From Felis catus (taxonomy: Eukaryota), in the NCBI RefSeq assembly GCF_018350175.1, contig NC_058368.1, positions 206,028,001 through 206,092,000 of the forward strand: a stretch of 64,000 nucleotides of DNA, in the 5' to 3' direction. The position numbers and the translations under genes were made by a program. This document shows positions 26,935 through 41,299 of this stretch, in pieces. Each line of letters starts with the position of its first letter. Positions within the stretch are counted from its first letter, which is position 1. The notes under the pieces were generated by a model that had not been told where the DNA came from, ran no database searches, and worked only from the letters and a program-made list of their open reading frames with translations.

Positions 26935-27132
26935 TAAAAAGAAACACCCCGCCCAAAATGGAGTCACTTCTCTTATGCTAATAACTTCCTTGTCCTATAC
27001 TACTTCTGTCTACAAAGCCTCCCATTTTGTACAACGCTTTTATCTGTTAGATGGGATGCTGCCTGATTCATGAATCTTTGAACAAAGCCAATTAGATCTT
27101 TAAATTTACTTGTTGAATTTTTGTTCTTTAAC
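26935..27132 (+). mobile_element. Internally deleted ERV1-like LTR
   Basis: gcccaaaatggagtcactt start and gatgctgcctgattcatgaat...aaagccaattagatctttaaa...tttaaca end. Confidence 0.65.
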
Positions 27133-29479
27133 ACACCTTATTTTGCCTTTGAGTATAATCAAAAGATGAGTAAATCCTGTTCAAGGACTCTACTCTTGTT
27201 CAGCCACTTAGTGGAAATGGCAACATGTTTCTCATGGTACAAATATTTGTATGTAAAATAGAAGTCAAAATTTTATTCCATAAACAAGGGAAAAAAAGGC
27301 TAACAGAAGGCTATTCCTAAACCAATGGTGACAATATATTGTGATCCAGGGATTATGGTTAATCTAACATTTTACAACTAAAATCCAAATAAATTAATTG
27401 GATTATCTTGGCTGATACGTTTATTGTTCCCTTGAGATACGTGCCTCAACCTCATCACCTAAGGAACAGATAACAGAAAGAGGAAGAAAAGGATGATCAC
27501 AAAATAGAAGCTGCCAGTGATGTACAAACATATGGGTATTCAACAAAAAACCAATGGGAAAAAAATGTGACATAAAAAGAACTATTCTGTACCTGTTTCC
27601 GAAAATTGCTTAATGCTTAAAGAAAATATTTATTTTGCTTATGTTTCAGTTGGGAAGCCATTCAACTTAAATGTTTCTTGCCAGTTTTGGAATTTATAAA
27701 TGCATTAATATAGAAGCAAATTTGGCAGGATATCAGTATAGTGTGCTTTTGATAAAACGCCTGAATGTGTTTTATATGCTTAATTTTTGAAAATGTACTT
27801 AATGAAAGGATAAAAACCCAATCCATTATGTAACCCACAAAACAAAAAATTAAGTAACAATGAAATCTCTTGAAAGCATATGACCCACAAGACAATCAAG
27901 GTTAACATCTCAGAATTTTTACTATCATTTTTGCATTTGTGGTTTTCATAATATTTTATTTGTTTGTTTGTTTGTTTATTTACGGCTCTCAAGATATCTG
28001 TTGTGACTTAGTTAATTTATTTACTTCCTTACTTCCTAATAAAAGTGGACAGTTTGGTTGATCTATTTTTTCTCCCATTTTGTTATAAACAATAGCTTTA
28101 ATGAGACTGTGAATATGGCTGTTTCCTTCCATCCACTTACAAAAATATATGAATGAAAATCAAAAATATTCTTGTGCATGTAGAAAATCAATTACTGACT
28201 TTGCAACAGTTCATATGAAAATACCTGAGGGTTTTAGATGATGACAAGCTTAATGTGAGCAGACACTGTAATAATTACTCCATTTCTACTGTTACTATTG
28301 CTACCCTTGATAATAGTTCATTGTAATCAAGGTAGTATTATAAGATTACCCATTAAATTAAAAACTTGTTATAGCTCACAGTAATGATAAATTATTTGCA
28401 TATATTTTTAAAGTTATGTTTGTGCTTAAAATGATCTTATCTGGCTATTCATGAACCAGAAACAGAACCAAGTCTGGGTTAGGACCACAGACCTATATCG
28501 AGCTTCAGGATGGAACCAGAACAAACATCTAGATCAATTTTTAGGTGGCTGATTAGAAACATCTGCCACATACATTTTAGACAAATAGGGTCTAAATGAA
28601 TTCAGAGATGAGCAGGGATTTCTTGCCATGAACAAAATCTTTCTTTAAAAAGCTCATCCCATGTAGAGAGACCAGCTGCATTTGAGATCCCAAACTTAGG
28701 TTGAGCTAACCTGGCTTAGGAAGCAAACCTTTGATATTCTCCCAGCATAATAGGCCCATGTTACCAAAATAATGTCTCATTCCACAGTGCGGATTCCAAT
28801 ATACTGGGTAAAGCCAACTGTTAAATACTAACACAGAGATATGTACATGGCAAAAGAGAAAGAGAAAACACATACAAATGCAAGCACCCATACACATACA
28901 CAAGAGAACCCATACACACCCTACACAAGAGAAATTTTCAAATAAAAATTTCAAAGCACATGAGAAAAATAAATATCATAAAGCTCAAGAAATAGGAGGC
29001 ATTACTCTAAAATAATGCCAAATATGAAAACATTCTTCTAAGGACTTTAAAATATCCATAAAGATGAGGAGGAAGAGGAAGCAGAGAAGGAGGAAAAGGA
29101 GGTGGAAGAGGAAGAGGAGGGTAGTAATATTAGTAACAACGTCAACAACAAAATAATAGCTGCTAAGATTGAGTACTTCTGTCACTATTTTAAAGTGGAC
29201 AGATTCATTTACAACATATCAATGAGGAAAATAAAGGGGAAAATTCCTATTTTTACCTGGACCCCATTAATCCACTAAAAGTTCTGCTCAACCTCTCAGC
29301 CTCTTGATTTTAGAATCATCAAATATCTCAGGAGGAAAAAAACAAAAACAAAAACAAAAACCAATGGTGCCAAATGCTGAACATTCTTCTGTGAACTTCC
29401 ACTCTCTTCCCTGAGGCTTGCTCTCATGTCTATAAGGCAAAATCAATAAATAATTAGGTAGCAAAGACAGGAAGATGTG

Positions 29480-31040
29480 AATCAAGAGTAAATAGGGCCA
29501 AAGGAAAACTTATAAAATGAAAAATACAACACTGAAACAAAAAAAGATAGAATGAGCATCTAACTGAGGACAGAATCGGCAAATTGAACTACTGAGAACA
29601 GTAGTTAAGAATTTACCTAGAACAACATGTAGAACATAACAAAAGATAAGAACTTAGAAAATATTATGTAAGGAGAATAGATGAGAAGCTCCAACATATA
29701 CCTAATAATTGTTCCAAAATTAAAGAATAGGGAACACGGCTAATAATTTTCCTGAAATAAAGGAAGACAGGAATTATCAGAAAGGAAACTCACGGTACAC
29801 AGCAGAACAAATCAAGAAAATAAGCCCACACCTATGAGTTTTACTGTGATAAGAGTGATATTTCCAGAGCAGCACACTGCTCTGAATGTCTCATGTGGGA
29901 ACTCTGCTCTTGGCAATGACAATGGGGTTTTATCAGACTAAACCTCCAACTGAGAACAGCTAGTACATCTAGATAATTTGTTAAGAAAATATGCATAAAA
30001 GCATCAGAGAACTACCAAATGGAATGAGGATCTATGGTGCCCAGATCCAGGCAGAGGAGACAGGCACCGAGAAGTGAGCTCCTCCTTTTGAGGTAATGGC
30101 CAACTCTGAAAATGGCAGCTGAAAGGTTGAGAAACTGTGCAAAACTTTACACCAATTAGTGAAGTTACCACAAGTTGAGTTTCAGGACCACACAAAAAGA
30201 GGAGCCCTGAAAAGTACCCCAGGCTTGTGATTGAGCCTTTAAAGAGTTACACCCTAAGAATAATGCTGAATTAGACTGCATTATTTAGTCACTGCACGGT
30301 CAAGTGACTAAAGAGCAAAGGCAGAAAAAATCTTGAATGTTAAGAAAAAAAAAAAAAAAAGCCTTCAAAGGAGCAACAAGTAATCTTAGAGTTGACTCCT
30401 AAACAGAAATAATGGGAGCCAGTGATCTGACAATCATATTTTGAAAGGACAGAAAGAAAACATCTGCTTATATAGATTTCTACAGCAGAAATACCTTTTG
30501 AAAATGAAGGTGATATAAAAATATTTTCTAAGAAACACAAACTGAGAGGATTCAGCATTAGCAGACCTGAATTAAAAGAAAAACAAAAGTTGTTCTTTAG
30601 CTACAAAGAACATGATTGAGGTGGGAAGGCTAATGTGTGGGCAAATGAATATGGACTCTGTAATCATTTGTGTGAGGATTTAAATAAAATATGAAGAAAA
30701 CTTGGAAGAAAAAGACATGAAAACATCATTACATAATTTGAGAGGAGGATAAATGAAGTTAAAATGTTCTAAAGCCCTTGCAGGGTCTAAAGAGATGTAA
30801 AAGCATTAATATATATTATACTATAATAACTTAAGGATACAGATTGTAATCTCTAAATCGATACTGACTAAATAATACTAAAAAATATATATAACTAACA
30901 AAGTAATGGGGGTGCAATGATTAAAACGATAATGTGAGAAGTTAAAAGGAACAAAAAATCGAGAATAAAGACAACTAAACTAAAGACAACAACAAGATCA
31001 ATTTTAAAGCCTATCATTAATTACATTAGATAAAAAATAA
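29480..31040 (+). mobile_element. Ancient degraded L1 (ORF1-region fragments)
   Basis: A-rich; ccttttgaaaatgaaggtgatataaaaatatttt...aaactgagaggattcagcattagcagacctg motif. Confidence 0.7.
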
Positions 31041-31043
31041 CTA

Positions 31044-34000
31044 TGTTGTGTCAGTTTGGGTCCTCCAGGAAGCAGGCACCAAGAAGAAATGAGAGGTACT
31101 GAAGATTTAGTGGCAAAAATAAAAGGGGAGAGGAAATTAGAGGATGCAGAGAGAATCTGCTCACAGTACTGATCTGACACCTGTGAAAAAATAAGAGGAA
31201 GGAAGGAGAATGCAGAGGAAGATCCGCTAAGGAAGTCTCAGCCACGCTGATATGGGCCCAGAGCAGACTGCCCATTCCATGAGTCACGTATCGGACAGAA
31301 CAGGCATGGCTCTTGTACCCCTGTCACACTTACCCGTGGCTGGGAGCAGCCCAGGTAAAGGATGATCTTAGGCTAAATGCAGTGACCGAACCCAAAGTAG
31401 TTGGGGGCTATCTGCTAACTACATTCCTTCCAGCAGTTTCTAAAGACAGATCTGAGCAACGTACCCCTGAGATGCCGCAGTCCACCTTTCGTGGACTATA
31501 TAGATCCACATTTCCATACATGGTCAAAGAGCACCTTCTATGGGCCTCTTTTCCTGAGGTAAACATTGAAGGGGGACCAAGCCTCTGTCATTACTGTGAA
31601 TCTGGGACCACACCCGGTGCTAACTGCCTCCCTCCTTCACCATCCATTTCAATTCCCCTCCCCCTCAGCCATCATCTGAAGGCTTTAGTGCTTACCTCCT
31701 AATATCACCCATTCCTGAGAGGCCTGAAGCCCTGGCGATCAGACACTCCTCAACAGGTAAATGTATTAATGTATATTGTACTTCAATGACTTACGGATGG
31801 AGTTACTGTGTTTGTACACTCACAAATATAATGGGGTAAGGGAGTAAAAAATGGACCCACTTGGATCACTTGCATCCTACACATATTTCTCCTGCCCCCA
31901 TCATATGAGACCAGTCCCACCTAATCTATCTTGGATGCATCATTTTGAGATCTACAGTCTCAGTTCCGGATGTGCCATTTCCATCTTATGACTGACTTCC
32001 ACTGGGCCCCTCTGGCTTTAGACACTGCAGATCTCACAGAACCCAGACCATAGTAGGAAATGAGGGATGTTCAGTCCCTTGGTACCCATGGTCAAGTCTT
32101 CTATCAGCACTCAGTAACTCTACAGGAGCTGTTTCTCAAAAAGTGTATAATTCTCACCAAAGGCCTGAATTACAATTCTTCCACTGGGGCTTGCAAATTC
32201 CATAATGAACACTTTTTTCACCCCAGACATTTCAAGGACATAGTGTTGGCTGGATCATATGGCCTGAGGGGCAAGAATGTCCGTGTCAAAACTGATAGGT
32301 TTCCATGTTACTGTATATGGGCTGAAGCACAATTCCTAGGTATCAAATACGCTGGCTCCAGGAGGCAGGAAGACCATCAGGCATTGCACAGCAATTTGTC
32401 TTTTACGTTGGATACTCTAACATATCCCTGACTACATCATCTACAAATTTTACTGAGGTGTCACAACCCTGAATCCATATAGTTCTCTCTCACCCTCTGG
32501 AGTACCAAGGTCTCTCGCATGCCAGGTACCTCTCGCTAATCTTGGCCAAGCGGCATCACATCATCAGTGTAATGGATTAGTGTGGTGTTCTATCAAAATC
32601 CAGATGGTCCAGGTGGTCAAGATCTCTGAAGTTTGTTACGGCCGAAGATGGGAGAGTCAACATAGCTCTGAGGAAAACTTGGAATGAATTGTTGTCTACA
32701 TGGATGCAAATTTTTTTTATTTTATTGAGAATGGAAGAGAACACATACCAATGAAGGGCCACACAGTATATACCAGAAACATTATTACTCTTCTCTCCCA
32801 GGGATACCATGTCTGGTTGGCAGCTGCAATTAGGACAGCTACTTGAATGAGAGTGAAGAAGTCTACATTCACAAGCATCCATCAGGTTTCTACAAGGGCC
32901 AGGCTGGCTAATTAGAGGGATATAATAGGAACCACTACCCATGGATTTTTTTAAATCTTTGTTTGACACTAATATCCACACCCCATTCCCCAGGATTGTT
33001 TTATATTTAATATCTTATCTGGGATTTAACATAGTTTCAGAGTCTCACATTTGTTCTTCCCCACCATTGGAGCTCTTAACCCACAGGCCAAAATCTCAAT
33101 GTGAAGATTACTCCAGCTGCCAAGTGAGTCAACTCCAATTATACACTCAGTGACAAGGAAAAGACCTATTGTAGGGAGGGCTTTGGCTAGGACTCCAGTT
33201 ATTACCCAGCACTTGTGTGTCTCCACTGTAAGAGAGGACTCCAGTGAGGCTCCATGTTAACTCAGACCCTGTGTCCTATAATACTCAAAATATTTTGATG
33301 TTCTTATTTCCCCAGAATACAGTAATTCAAGTAAATTGCTGTCAGTACCATTGGGGAAGGACTAGAGGTTTTTTGTTTTTTCTTTTTTAAAGTTTATTTA
33401 TTTATTTTTGAGAGAGAGAAAGAGCACAAGCAGGGAAGGGGCAGAGAGAGAGGAAAACAGAGAATCCAGAGCAAGCTCCAGGCTCTGAGCTCTCAGCACA
33501 GAGCCCAACACGGCGCTCAAACCCACGAACCATGAATTGCAAGATCATGACCTGAGCCAAAGTCAGACGCTTAGCCAACTGAGCGACCCAAGTGCCCCTA
33601 GAGGTATTTTTACAGTATATATTTGCTTTGACATTATAAGGTCCTTCCTTTCACCACCATCCTGTGAATTTGGATCTGAAAATTGGCACAGCAATGAAAA
33701 ATCGGCTGAGCAAGGGATAATGATGACATTTTATTGGCCAACTGTCCCCAACCTCTTGTTCCTATATTCTTGTCCTCCTCTGAAGTTGGATGTAAAAAGC
33801 ACTCTCATTGGCTGCCCTTCTCTGCCATAATTGGTGGTGTTAATGAATGGAGTGTCCCAGGTAATACAGTGGGTCTGCTGACCTCATATAATATATCCAC
33901 TCCGAGACACTCATGTCCCTCAGCCTTTTTGTTTTCTTTACAAACTGCCTCAGCAACTCAAGCATCTCCATTTCATTAGCGTGGGCTACTACTTTCTCCA

Positions 34001-34130
34001 GGCTTCTAACAACCACCCCAGCAGTTAAATTAACCCATTCCCTGGGATCCTTGCCAGGGTGTTAAATTCTACGTTTGAGAAAGTGCCCCTAAATCACTCA
34101 GTTCTTACTTCTGCCATCTTAACATTCCAA
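31044..34130 (-). mobile_element. Degenerate ERVL-class provirus: LTR16-like LTR (~31044-31480) plus pol remnants
   Basis: Minus strand reads ...NTTLIHYTDDVM (YxDD at 32560-32571) near RDLDHLD, typical of ERVL reverse transcriptase; many frameshifts. Confidence 0.8.
33368..33598 (-). mobile_element. Can-SINE nested in the ERVL
   Basis: TSD ctagaggt; canonical reverse-oriented body. Confidence 0.93.
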
Positions 34131-34328
34131 CCACTAGATCAAATACCCTAAGGAATAACCCTTTAAAACTTAAAAAAAAAAAATAACAGATACAAACTAA
34201 AATATTTACAACTAAAATGGTATGCTGTGACTTTCCTTAAATACTCAAACAAAAAAATGAGATAAAATGTGTGTGTGGAGAGTGCTAGATACAATTAGAA
34301 TGCCAGAATGTTGATAAGAACTGAAGCT

Positions 34329-34452
34329 GGGGTTGCCTGGCTGGCTCAGTCAGTGGAATATGTGACTCTCCATCTCGGGGTTGCAAGTTCGAGCCCCACA
34401 CTGAGTGTAGAGACTACTTAAAAATAAAATCTTTAAAAAAAATAAATAAAAG
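34329..34452 (+). mobile_element. Short-type Can-SINE nested in an old L1 3' end (~34180-34560)
   Basis: TSD aagaactgaagctgg. Confidence 0.9.
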
Positions 34453-34822
34453 GAAGAACTGAAGCTGGTTGATAGACTCACAAGGGTATGTGTGTGGTCC
34501 CTATTAAATTTCTCTTCTTTGTGTGTACATTTGAAAATTTCAGTTAATAGGTAAACAACAAAAAGAAATCAGAGAACTTCAGATCTTTTATTTTCTTCTG
34601 GACTTGCAAGGTGACAACGGTTTTGGATATTTTATGGAAGGTAGAGAGGAATGTTTAAATGTAATGGGGTTGGACAATGTGAGAGAAAGAGAAAGCAAAA
34701 GAAGAGAAGAGGAGGAGGCAGAGAAAGAGGGGGCAAGAAGCAAAGAGGGAGTCTTACGCCTGATAAGGCTGGTGGAGATCCAGACCTTAACTGTCACCTA
34801 AACACCATCCATCCAACATTTC

Positions 34823-35575
34823 CTTTTGGACAGAGCTGCAGTGTCTGGAAATCATGGGGCTTGGCCAGGCGTTGTGTGAGAGATCTCTTCTAAATCCCTT
34901 CGGTGGCTACATGGCCTTCGATAGATGAGAGACTGGTGTTCTGAAATGCCCAACAGCCTCAAGCCTATTGCCTTCGAGGTACTGTGCCCCTGTTGAATAA
35001 CTCTTGTGCCCCTGTGGAATAACTCCCTGGTATAAGGGATTCCAATACACATCAGGGTTGAGAACGACTGATAAAGGTATATGTAAGCCCTGCCCTTCAC
35101 AGGGAGGCTGCATTGAATCATGATTAGGAGCAATTTTTTTTTTTTTTTTTTTTTTAAAGTCAGACAGGCTTGTGTTTGGATGTAGTCCTGCTGTTCTGGT
35201 CATGTCACTGCTCTGGGTCTCACTCTTCTTAGTTGTGAAATGGAAACAGCTATACCTACCTCATAAAGGTGTGAGGAGTGAATATAATACAATTCACTAT
35301 TGTTTGGGAAGCATCTAGTGTGCTGCTTCCCAGACAAGTGTCCTTGGAGGTAGATACTACTTTATAAAAGGTTTTTGAAGCCAAGAAAGCCTTCACATCC
35401 CAGAGAAATAAATCTCTAATTGTGAAACAGCATCACAGATGAGTAGGGGAGATCTTTTGGGATTTTCCTAGGAAGTCTCAGCTTATACAGGAGGAGACTC
35501 TCATCCACATGGTTGTGAGTGTGACATCCCCCTCTTACCACATCTGCCTGTATAAGATTACAGAAAGGGGCATTC
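34823..35575. repeat. Inverted duplication, arm A (intergenic)
   Basis: Reverse complement of 61767-62492 by manual alignment. The ORF track also shows twin peptides MTRTAGLHPNTSLSDFKKKK at 34907..35203(-) and 62135..62362(+). Confidence 0.97.
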
Positions 35576-38145
35576 ATATATGTATGAGAAAATGCAAATC
35601 AAGATCACAATGAAAAACAAACAGACCTCGTATTGTTAGGAAAAATTAAATCTGGCAATACTGATTATAAGGGAATAGCTGTCATTGGATCATCTATATG
35701 TTGCTGATGGGGTATAATTATGACACCAAGGGAAACACTGTGGAATCATATTGTATAGTTGGGCAGCCAGATACCCTTCTATCTAGCAATCCCACTTCTA
35801 AGCGTGTAACCAGGAGAAACTCTTGCACATTTTACCTGAGGATACGGGAAAGCTCATGTCATCTCTAGACTGCAATAGCAAAAAAAATTAGAAACATCCA
35901 GAATGCCAAAAAAAAAAAAACCATCTTATTGCATTGTAGAAAATTTGGATAATATGAGCAAAACTAAAGAAGAAAATATAATTACATCATCTACAGTATT
36001 TTTCCTATATATATAAATACAACTTAATAAAATAATACTATACATATACTTTTATATTCTATTCATTTGAGTTCACATATGGGCTGATACTAAGCTGGAA
36101 TGTTTACTCTAATGATTTCAGTTACTAAATTATGGAAATATCTCCATAGTAGTTAGAAATGGTTGCTGCCCCAAGCCTTCTATATACGCCTCCTGAATTT
36201 GCCTTGGCTTCCACATCTGGGGCCATTAGACTCCCTCACACTTCAGAAACTGGAGGAATATGTCTGACACTGCCAGAGACTTCCAGAACTCTATACCAGC
36301 TTAGTGGTCTGCATCCAATTGTACATATTAGCACTTGTGTCATACCAGTTAAATTATTCTATTGTGCCATGACATTCATTTTTAAAATTATTATAATGTC
36401 TATGTTGTAAATATGCCATAATTTATTCAAATATCTCCTTCTTATTGAAAAATTGTGGTTTTAATTTTTTTTTATTTTGTAAGTACCACTGTGATGAGAA
36501 CTTTGTTTTATTGCTTATTTATGAAATTATAACTAGGTCACACAAGGATGAATACCACTAAAGCCCTTGGTATATGCTGCCTAATCTTGGTAACTTTTTA
36601 AATATGGCATTGGGTTGACTTGAAAGAAATACACAAGAACCTCAAAGACCAAAAGGTCCTGAAGATGTAAAAGCACTCTAGAATAAGGGTTTTCATAACA
36701 GCTTAAAGACAGAGGTACGGCGCTGAAATTAAAAGAAATTTCTCACGTATTGTTTCATTTGATACTCAAAACAACTCTGCAGAAGAGGTAGGACAGATTA
36801 GTAACTTGTCCAAAACCAGTCATTAATTTATATACATATATATATATATGCCTATGAACTCACATGCACTCCCCTTGTCCATAGCTTTCAATTTTATATA
36901 ATATTGTATATGCACATTAATTAATAAAAATCCTTTTTAAGTGGATGTTGCTGAAATTTTACTCTCATCTTTGTGCTTAACTTTGATATTACAAAAAAAG
37001 CCGCTAAGAGCTCATTCTGACTTTCACCAGATAATGGCTATATACTCCTTAAAATCTATTCCATATTCATAAACATACTCTAATGGCTGGTGAGTTTAAA
37101 CAAAATGTCATGGATAATTTTCATCTCTAATATAATAATAAAAGTGATTGTATCTCTCCTACTCAGCTTATAGGAATTAAAAATTTCAGTGCCTTAAGAA
37201 AAGAAAATATGATAAATACGCTTCATGATCTTAGTAGAGTGGATATACATCCTCAGTTATTTTTTTTCACTTTGAGTAGAACTTTCATTTGAGATCATCC
37301 TTCCATTCTGCCTCAAAAACACAAACTGGCATCCTTTCCTAGACAAAGCCTATATTAACACTAAAAGTATTCCTTCTAGAAAATGGTATTTATTTGTTGT
37401 TTGAGGGGAATTTGATGCAGCCCTTGACAATTCTGCCATGACAACAAATTTGTTTCCATCCAGTTCTGTAGTGTCAATTTGCTTTCAAACATATCACCTC
37501 ATGCACTCTCAGCATGTAGCATCTCTCTGTTATTTTAGACTTCAATCTGCTTCAGGCTCAGAGAACGCCGTGGTGTGTCTGTAATTCATGTTTATTTTTA
37601 GAGTTATGCGACTTTCATTAGAAATCACAAATCTATCTTAACCCAGTTTGTCTTGTTCTGACAAAAAAAAAAAAAAAATGATCATGCCAGGACAGTTTCT
37701 ATGAGCAGACTTTGAAAAATAATTGAAGGAACTTTCCTGGGGAGGTATGATGATGGTGGACTATATCTCTCTCTGTATCTCTGTATCTGTATCTGTATCT
37801 CTCATGCAAGATTAAAAGAACCCTTCAAGGTATTTGATTTATGCCACCAAACAATATCAAGTAAGCGTTTCTTTAAAGATAGAGATTATAAAATGCTTCT
37901 GATAAATAAACCACAGCTCCATAAAGCAAAATGAAAAGATATTTGGAAGAAAGCCTGTTTGAAAAGAAAGGGATTAACATTCATTAAGTGCCCACCAGAT
38001 TCCAAGTACTTTCTGCAACATTAAGTAGGTATCGTTACTATCCCCCATTTTAGAGTTGACAAAATTGACCAAATAAAGAGCAGAGCCAAGATGTGAATCC
38101 AAGTCTGTTTAAATTTCAAAACCATTGATTTTTGTAGTGCATGTT

Positions 38146-38371
38146 TTTAAAAATTTTTTTTTTCAACTTTTTTTAATTTATTTTTTGGGACAGAGAGAGA
38201 CAGAGCATGAACGGGGGAGGGGCAGAGAGAGAGGGAGACACAGAATCATAAACAGGCTCCAGGCTCCGAGCCATCAGCCCAGAGCCTGACGCAAGGCTCG
38301 AACTCACGGACCGCGAGATCGTGACCTGGCTGAAGTCGGACGCTTAACCGACTGCGCCACCCAGGCGCCCC
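38146..38371 (-). mobile_element. Young SINEC_Fc
   Basis: CpG-intact; TSD tgtagtgcatgtttt. Confidence 0.96.
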
Positions 38372-38404
38372 TGTAGTGCATGTTTTGAATGAGCATATGA
38401 TCAA

Positions 38405-38895
38405 GCTTTTAGTGGTAGGTTGCATTAGTGTTCCCAGTTCTTCACTGCTTCCTGCATACCCTTTGCCATGTAACTTTCTAAGGCCCTCTCACTGAAGGCA
38501 GAGTATCCCCCACATCCCAAGTCTAGTCTCAACCATGTGACTGGCTTTAGCCAATGGGATATTAATAGACATAATACAAGCAGGGGGTTGAAAGCATTTG
38601 CTTGATTGGGCTTGGCCTCTTTCACTCCACCAGCATCATGAGAAAGACTCATTGACCCAGGTAGGGGATGAGAAACCCCCAAAACAAATCTACCCAGCCT
38701 GGATCAGCTGAACCCAGCAAGCTGCAGGCACATGAGGAGTATAGCCAAAAATAGCAGAACTGCCCATTCACGCCCTGCCTAATTCAGCTACCCTTAGCCA
38801 ATCCACAGATCTGTGCAAGTAAGTCCTGTTGCTTTAAACCACTGAGCTGTGGGATGATTTGTTACACAACAGTTTTGTGGCAATAGCTGACCAAT
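38405..38895. mobile_element. MLT1-type LTR
   Basis: ccatgtgactggctttagccaatggga...tttaaaccactgag...gtggcaatagctgac. Confidence 0.8.
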
Positions 38896-39260
38896 CTACC
38901 CCCCATAACCTGCCCCAGAATGGAGCAGAGACGGTTGTGTTTTTCTTTTTAATCCTACAGGTTGCAAAATGTACAAAGGATTGAATATTGCTTCCATACA
39001 CAATGAAGGAAAAGCTTTTGGTCAATTAATCCTAGAAATATTCTGTAAGAGCTCTTGAAATATTAAAACGTCAGCCACAGTACACATTTAAGCAACATTT
39101 AAGTCCCAAGATCACCAGCTGGTTGACTTCACAGAATGTAATCACATTCCAGGAACAAAGGGGACATGCTTTTAAGAGACACGGGCAAGCCATCATTCTG
39201 CAAGAAGAGGACATACAAAAATTTCAATCTATAAAAATTACACTTTAAATAACTGAAAGA

Positions 39261-39472
39261 GGGGCACCTGGGTGGCTCAGTCGGTTGGCTGAGCTTCTGA
39301 CTTTGGCTCAGATCATGATCTCACAGTTCACGGGTTCAAGCCCCACAGCTTGACAGCTCAGAGCCTGGAGCCTGCTTCGGATTCTGTCTCCCTCTCCTCT
39401 GCCCATCCCCCACTCATGCTCTGTCCCTCTCTCTCTCAAAAATAAATAAACATTAAAAAAATTTTTTTAATA
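39261..39472 (+). mobile_element. Can-SINE
   Basis: Canonical head and tail; TSD aaataactga. Confidence 0.93.
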
Positions 39473-39920
39473 AAATAACTGACAGATGTGAAAAAAACTG
39501 ATAAAGTTTGATTAGTTTTTATCTTTTATTCCTACAATTTCATAGTCTCTCTCTTCCCCCAAAGCACTTACTTAATTGTCATTTACAGAAGAGAAAAAAA
39601 ATGACAACATGAAAATAAACAGATCAGTTATAAGTGCATCTTCCCATTTTGCTTGTTATTGACCTTGTTCTAACACTCAGGACATGATTCTGTTTCACAT
39701 ATTCTTTACTATCTGCAGTCCACTCATTAGAATAAGACTTTTTTACTATATAACAAACTTACACCCTTGCTTTGAGACTCAGCTCCAATTCTGGTTCTTC
39801 AATAAAAAGTTCCATAAACTATTCTCTCTTTCTATCCTAATGACTTGCCACTAGACAAATGATCTCTGTCCCACGGTTCTCTCCTGGCAATTTACTTGCA
39901 CTTTAAAAAAATAGCCCCTT

Positions 39921-40160
39921 GGGGTGCCTGGGTGGCTCAGTCAGTTGAACATCCGATTCTTGGTTTCAGTTCAGGTCATGGGCTCAGGTCATAATCTCAT
40001 GGCTTCCTGGGTTCAAGCCCCACATCAAGCTCTGCGTTGGTGGCACAGAGCCTGCTTGGGATTCTCTCTCTCTCCTCTCTCTCTGCCTCTCCCCACTCAC
40101 GCTGTCTCTGTCTCTCTCAAAATAGATATATAAACTTATTTATAGTTAAATAAATAAGTA
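39921..40160 (+). mobile_element. Can-SINE
   Basis: Canonical body with a short internal duplication of tcaggtcat. Confidence 0.92.
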
Positions 40161-41087
40161 ATAAGTAACCCCTTAACACCTTCCAGTTGGATTTTGAGGT
40201 ATTTTTGTGCATCTTGATCCATCTGCTAAGCAACAGGTCATCAACTGAACTGCATCCTAGGGTCAGAGGGGTAAGGATCAGTAAAGAGGGTTGACAAATG
40301 GCAACTCTGGGGAGTGGAGATTCTAGCCAGCTGAAGAGCATCTGAAGAAAGAAAGCTGTACTCAGGTCCACCGACATTTTTCCAATAGGGGAACATACGC
40401 TCAGAGGTGATAGATACTCCAGTTTTTAAGATTCTTATACAAAATTTCCCAACCTTGTATGAAATCCTCCTTTTCAAATCCTGCTATGACAGAGATTTCA
40501 TTATTGTTCGCAATTACATACCTGCTGCACAGAAGCAGAATATAATCCCCCGCCCCACTGAGGAAGGACTTGGCTACGTGACTTGCGTCAATCAGCAACG
40601 GTTGCGCTCCGTGTCTGACCAGAGCTTTCAATGCGTCACCGTAGCCTCTGACCCCAAAATGACAGATACATGGAGCAGACCCCAACCCTGACCTGCAACC
40701 TGAGGCAGAGCCACCCCAGCCGACCTGCAGATCCATAAGCAGGAAACATAGATGTTTGTTGTTGCATGCCCCTGAGATTTCTGGGCTTGAATTTCATACA
40801 GCATTATTGTATCTGAAATTTGGATACAGCATTTGCCCACACATCTAAGGAAAAAATTAAAGCACAAAGCACTCTGATAACTAAGTTGGGCTCAGAGGCC
40901 TGTAGGTTTCAACCTTCATTACTGGGCGTTTTTTTAAGAGCATTTGTAGGGAGTGTATTTCCATTTAAATTTCCTGTCCCCTATCAGGACAACATCTAGT
41001 ATTGTCCATCATAGAATAAAAACAAACAAACAAACAAAAAACTAATTTCTTACTTGATAATAATCTCTTTTACATCAAAGCCCTTCT

Positions 41088-41299
41088 TTTTATTTATTTT
41101 TTAATGTTTATTTTTGAGAGACAAAGACAGAGCGCAAGCAGGGGAGGGGCAGACAGAGAGGGAGACACAGAATCCAAAGTAGGCTCCAGGCTCCGAGCTG
41201 TCAGCACAGAGCCCAACGCGGGGCTGGAGCTCATGAACCGTGAGAACACGACCTGAGCCCAAGTCGGTTGCATAACCAACTGAGGCACCCAGGTGCCCC
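41088..41299 (-). mobile_element. Can-SINE
   Basis: Canonical reverse-oriented body. Confidence 0.94.

Noticed and set aside
35134..35155. Poly-T/poly-A run inside the inverted arms as the tail of a processed pseudogene
   Set aside because: It is internal, homology continues on both sides, there is no TSD, and the flanks hold MIR- and MER5-like DNA with no recognisable ORF.
40117..40477. Minus-strand ORFs with a good acceptor-like site (tttctttcttcag)
   Set aside because: No recognisable protein and no convincing donor or partner exons.
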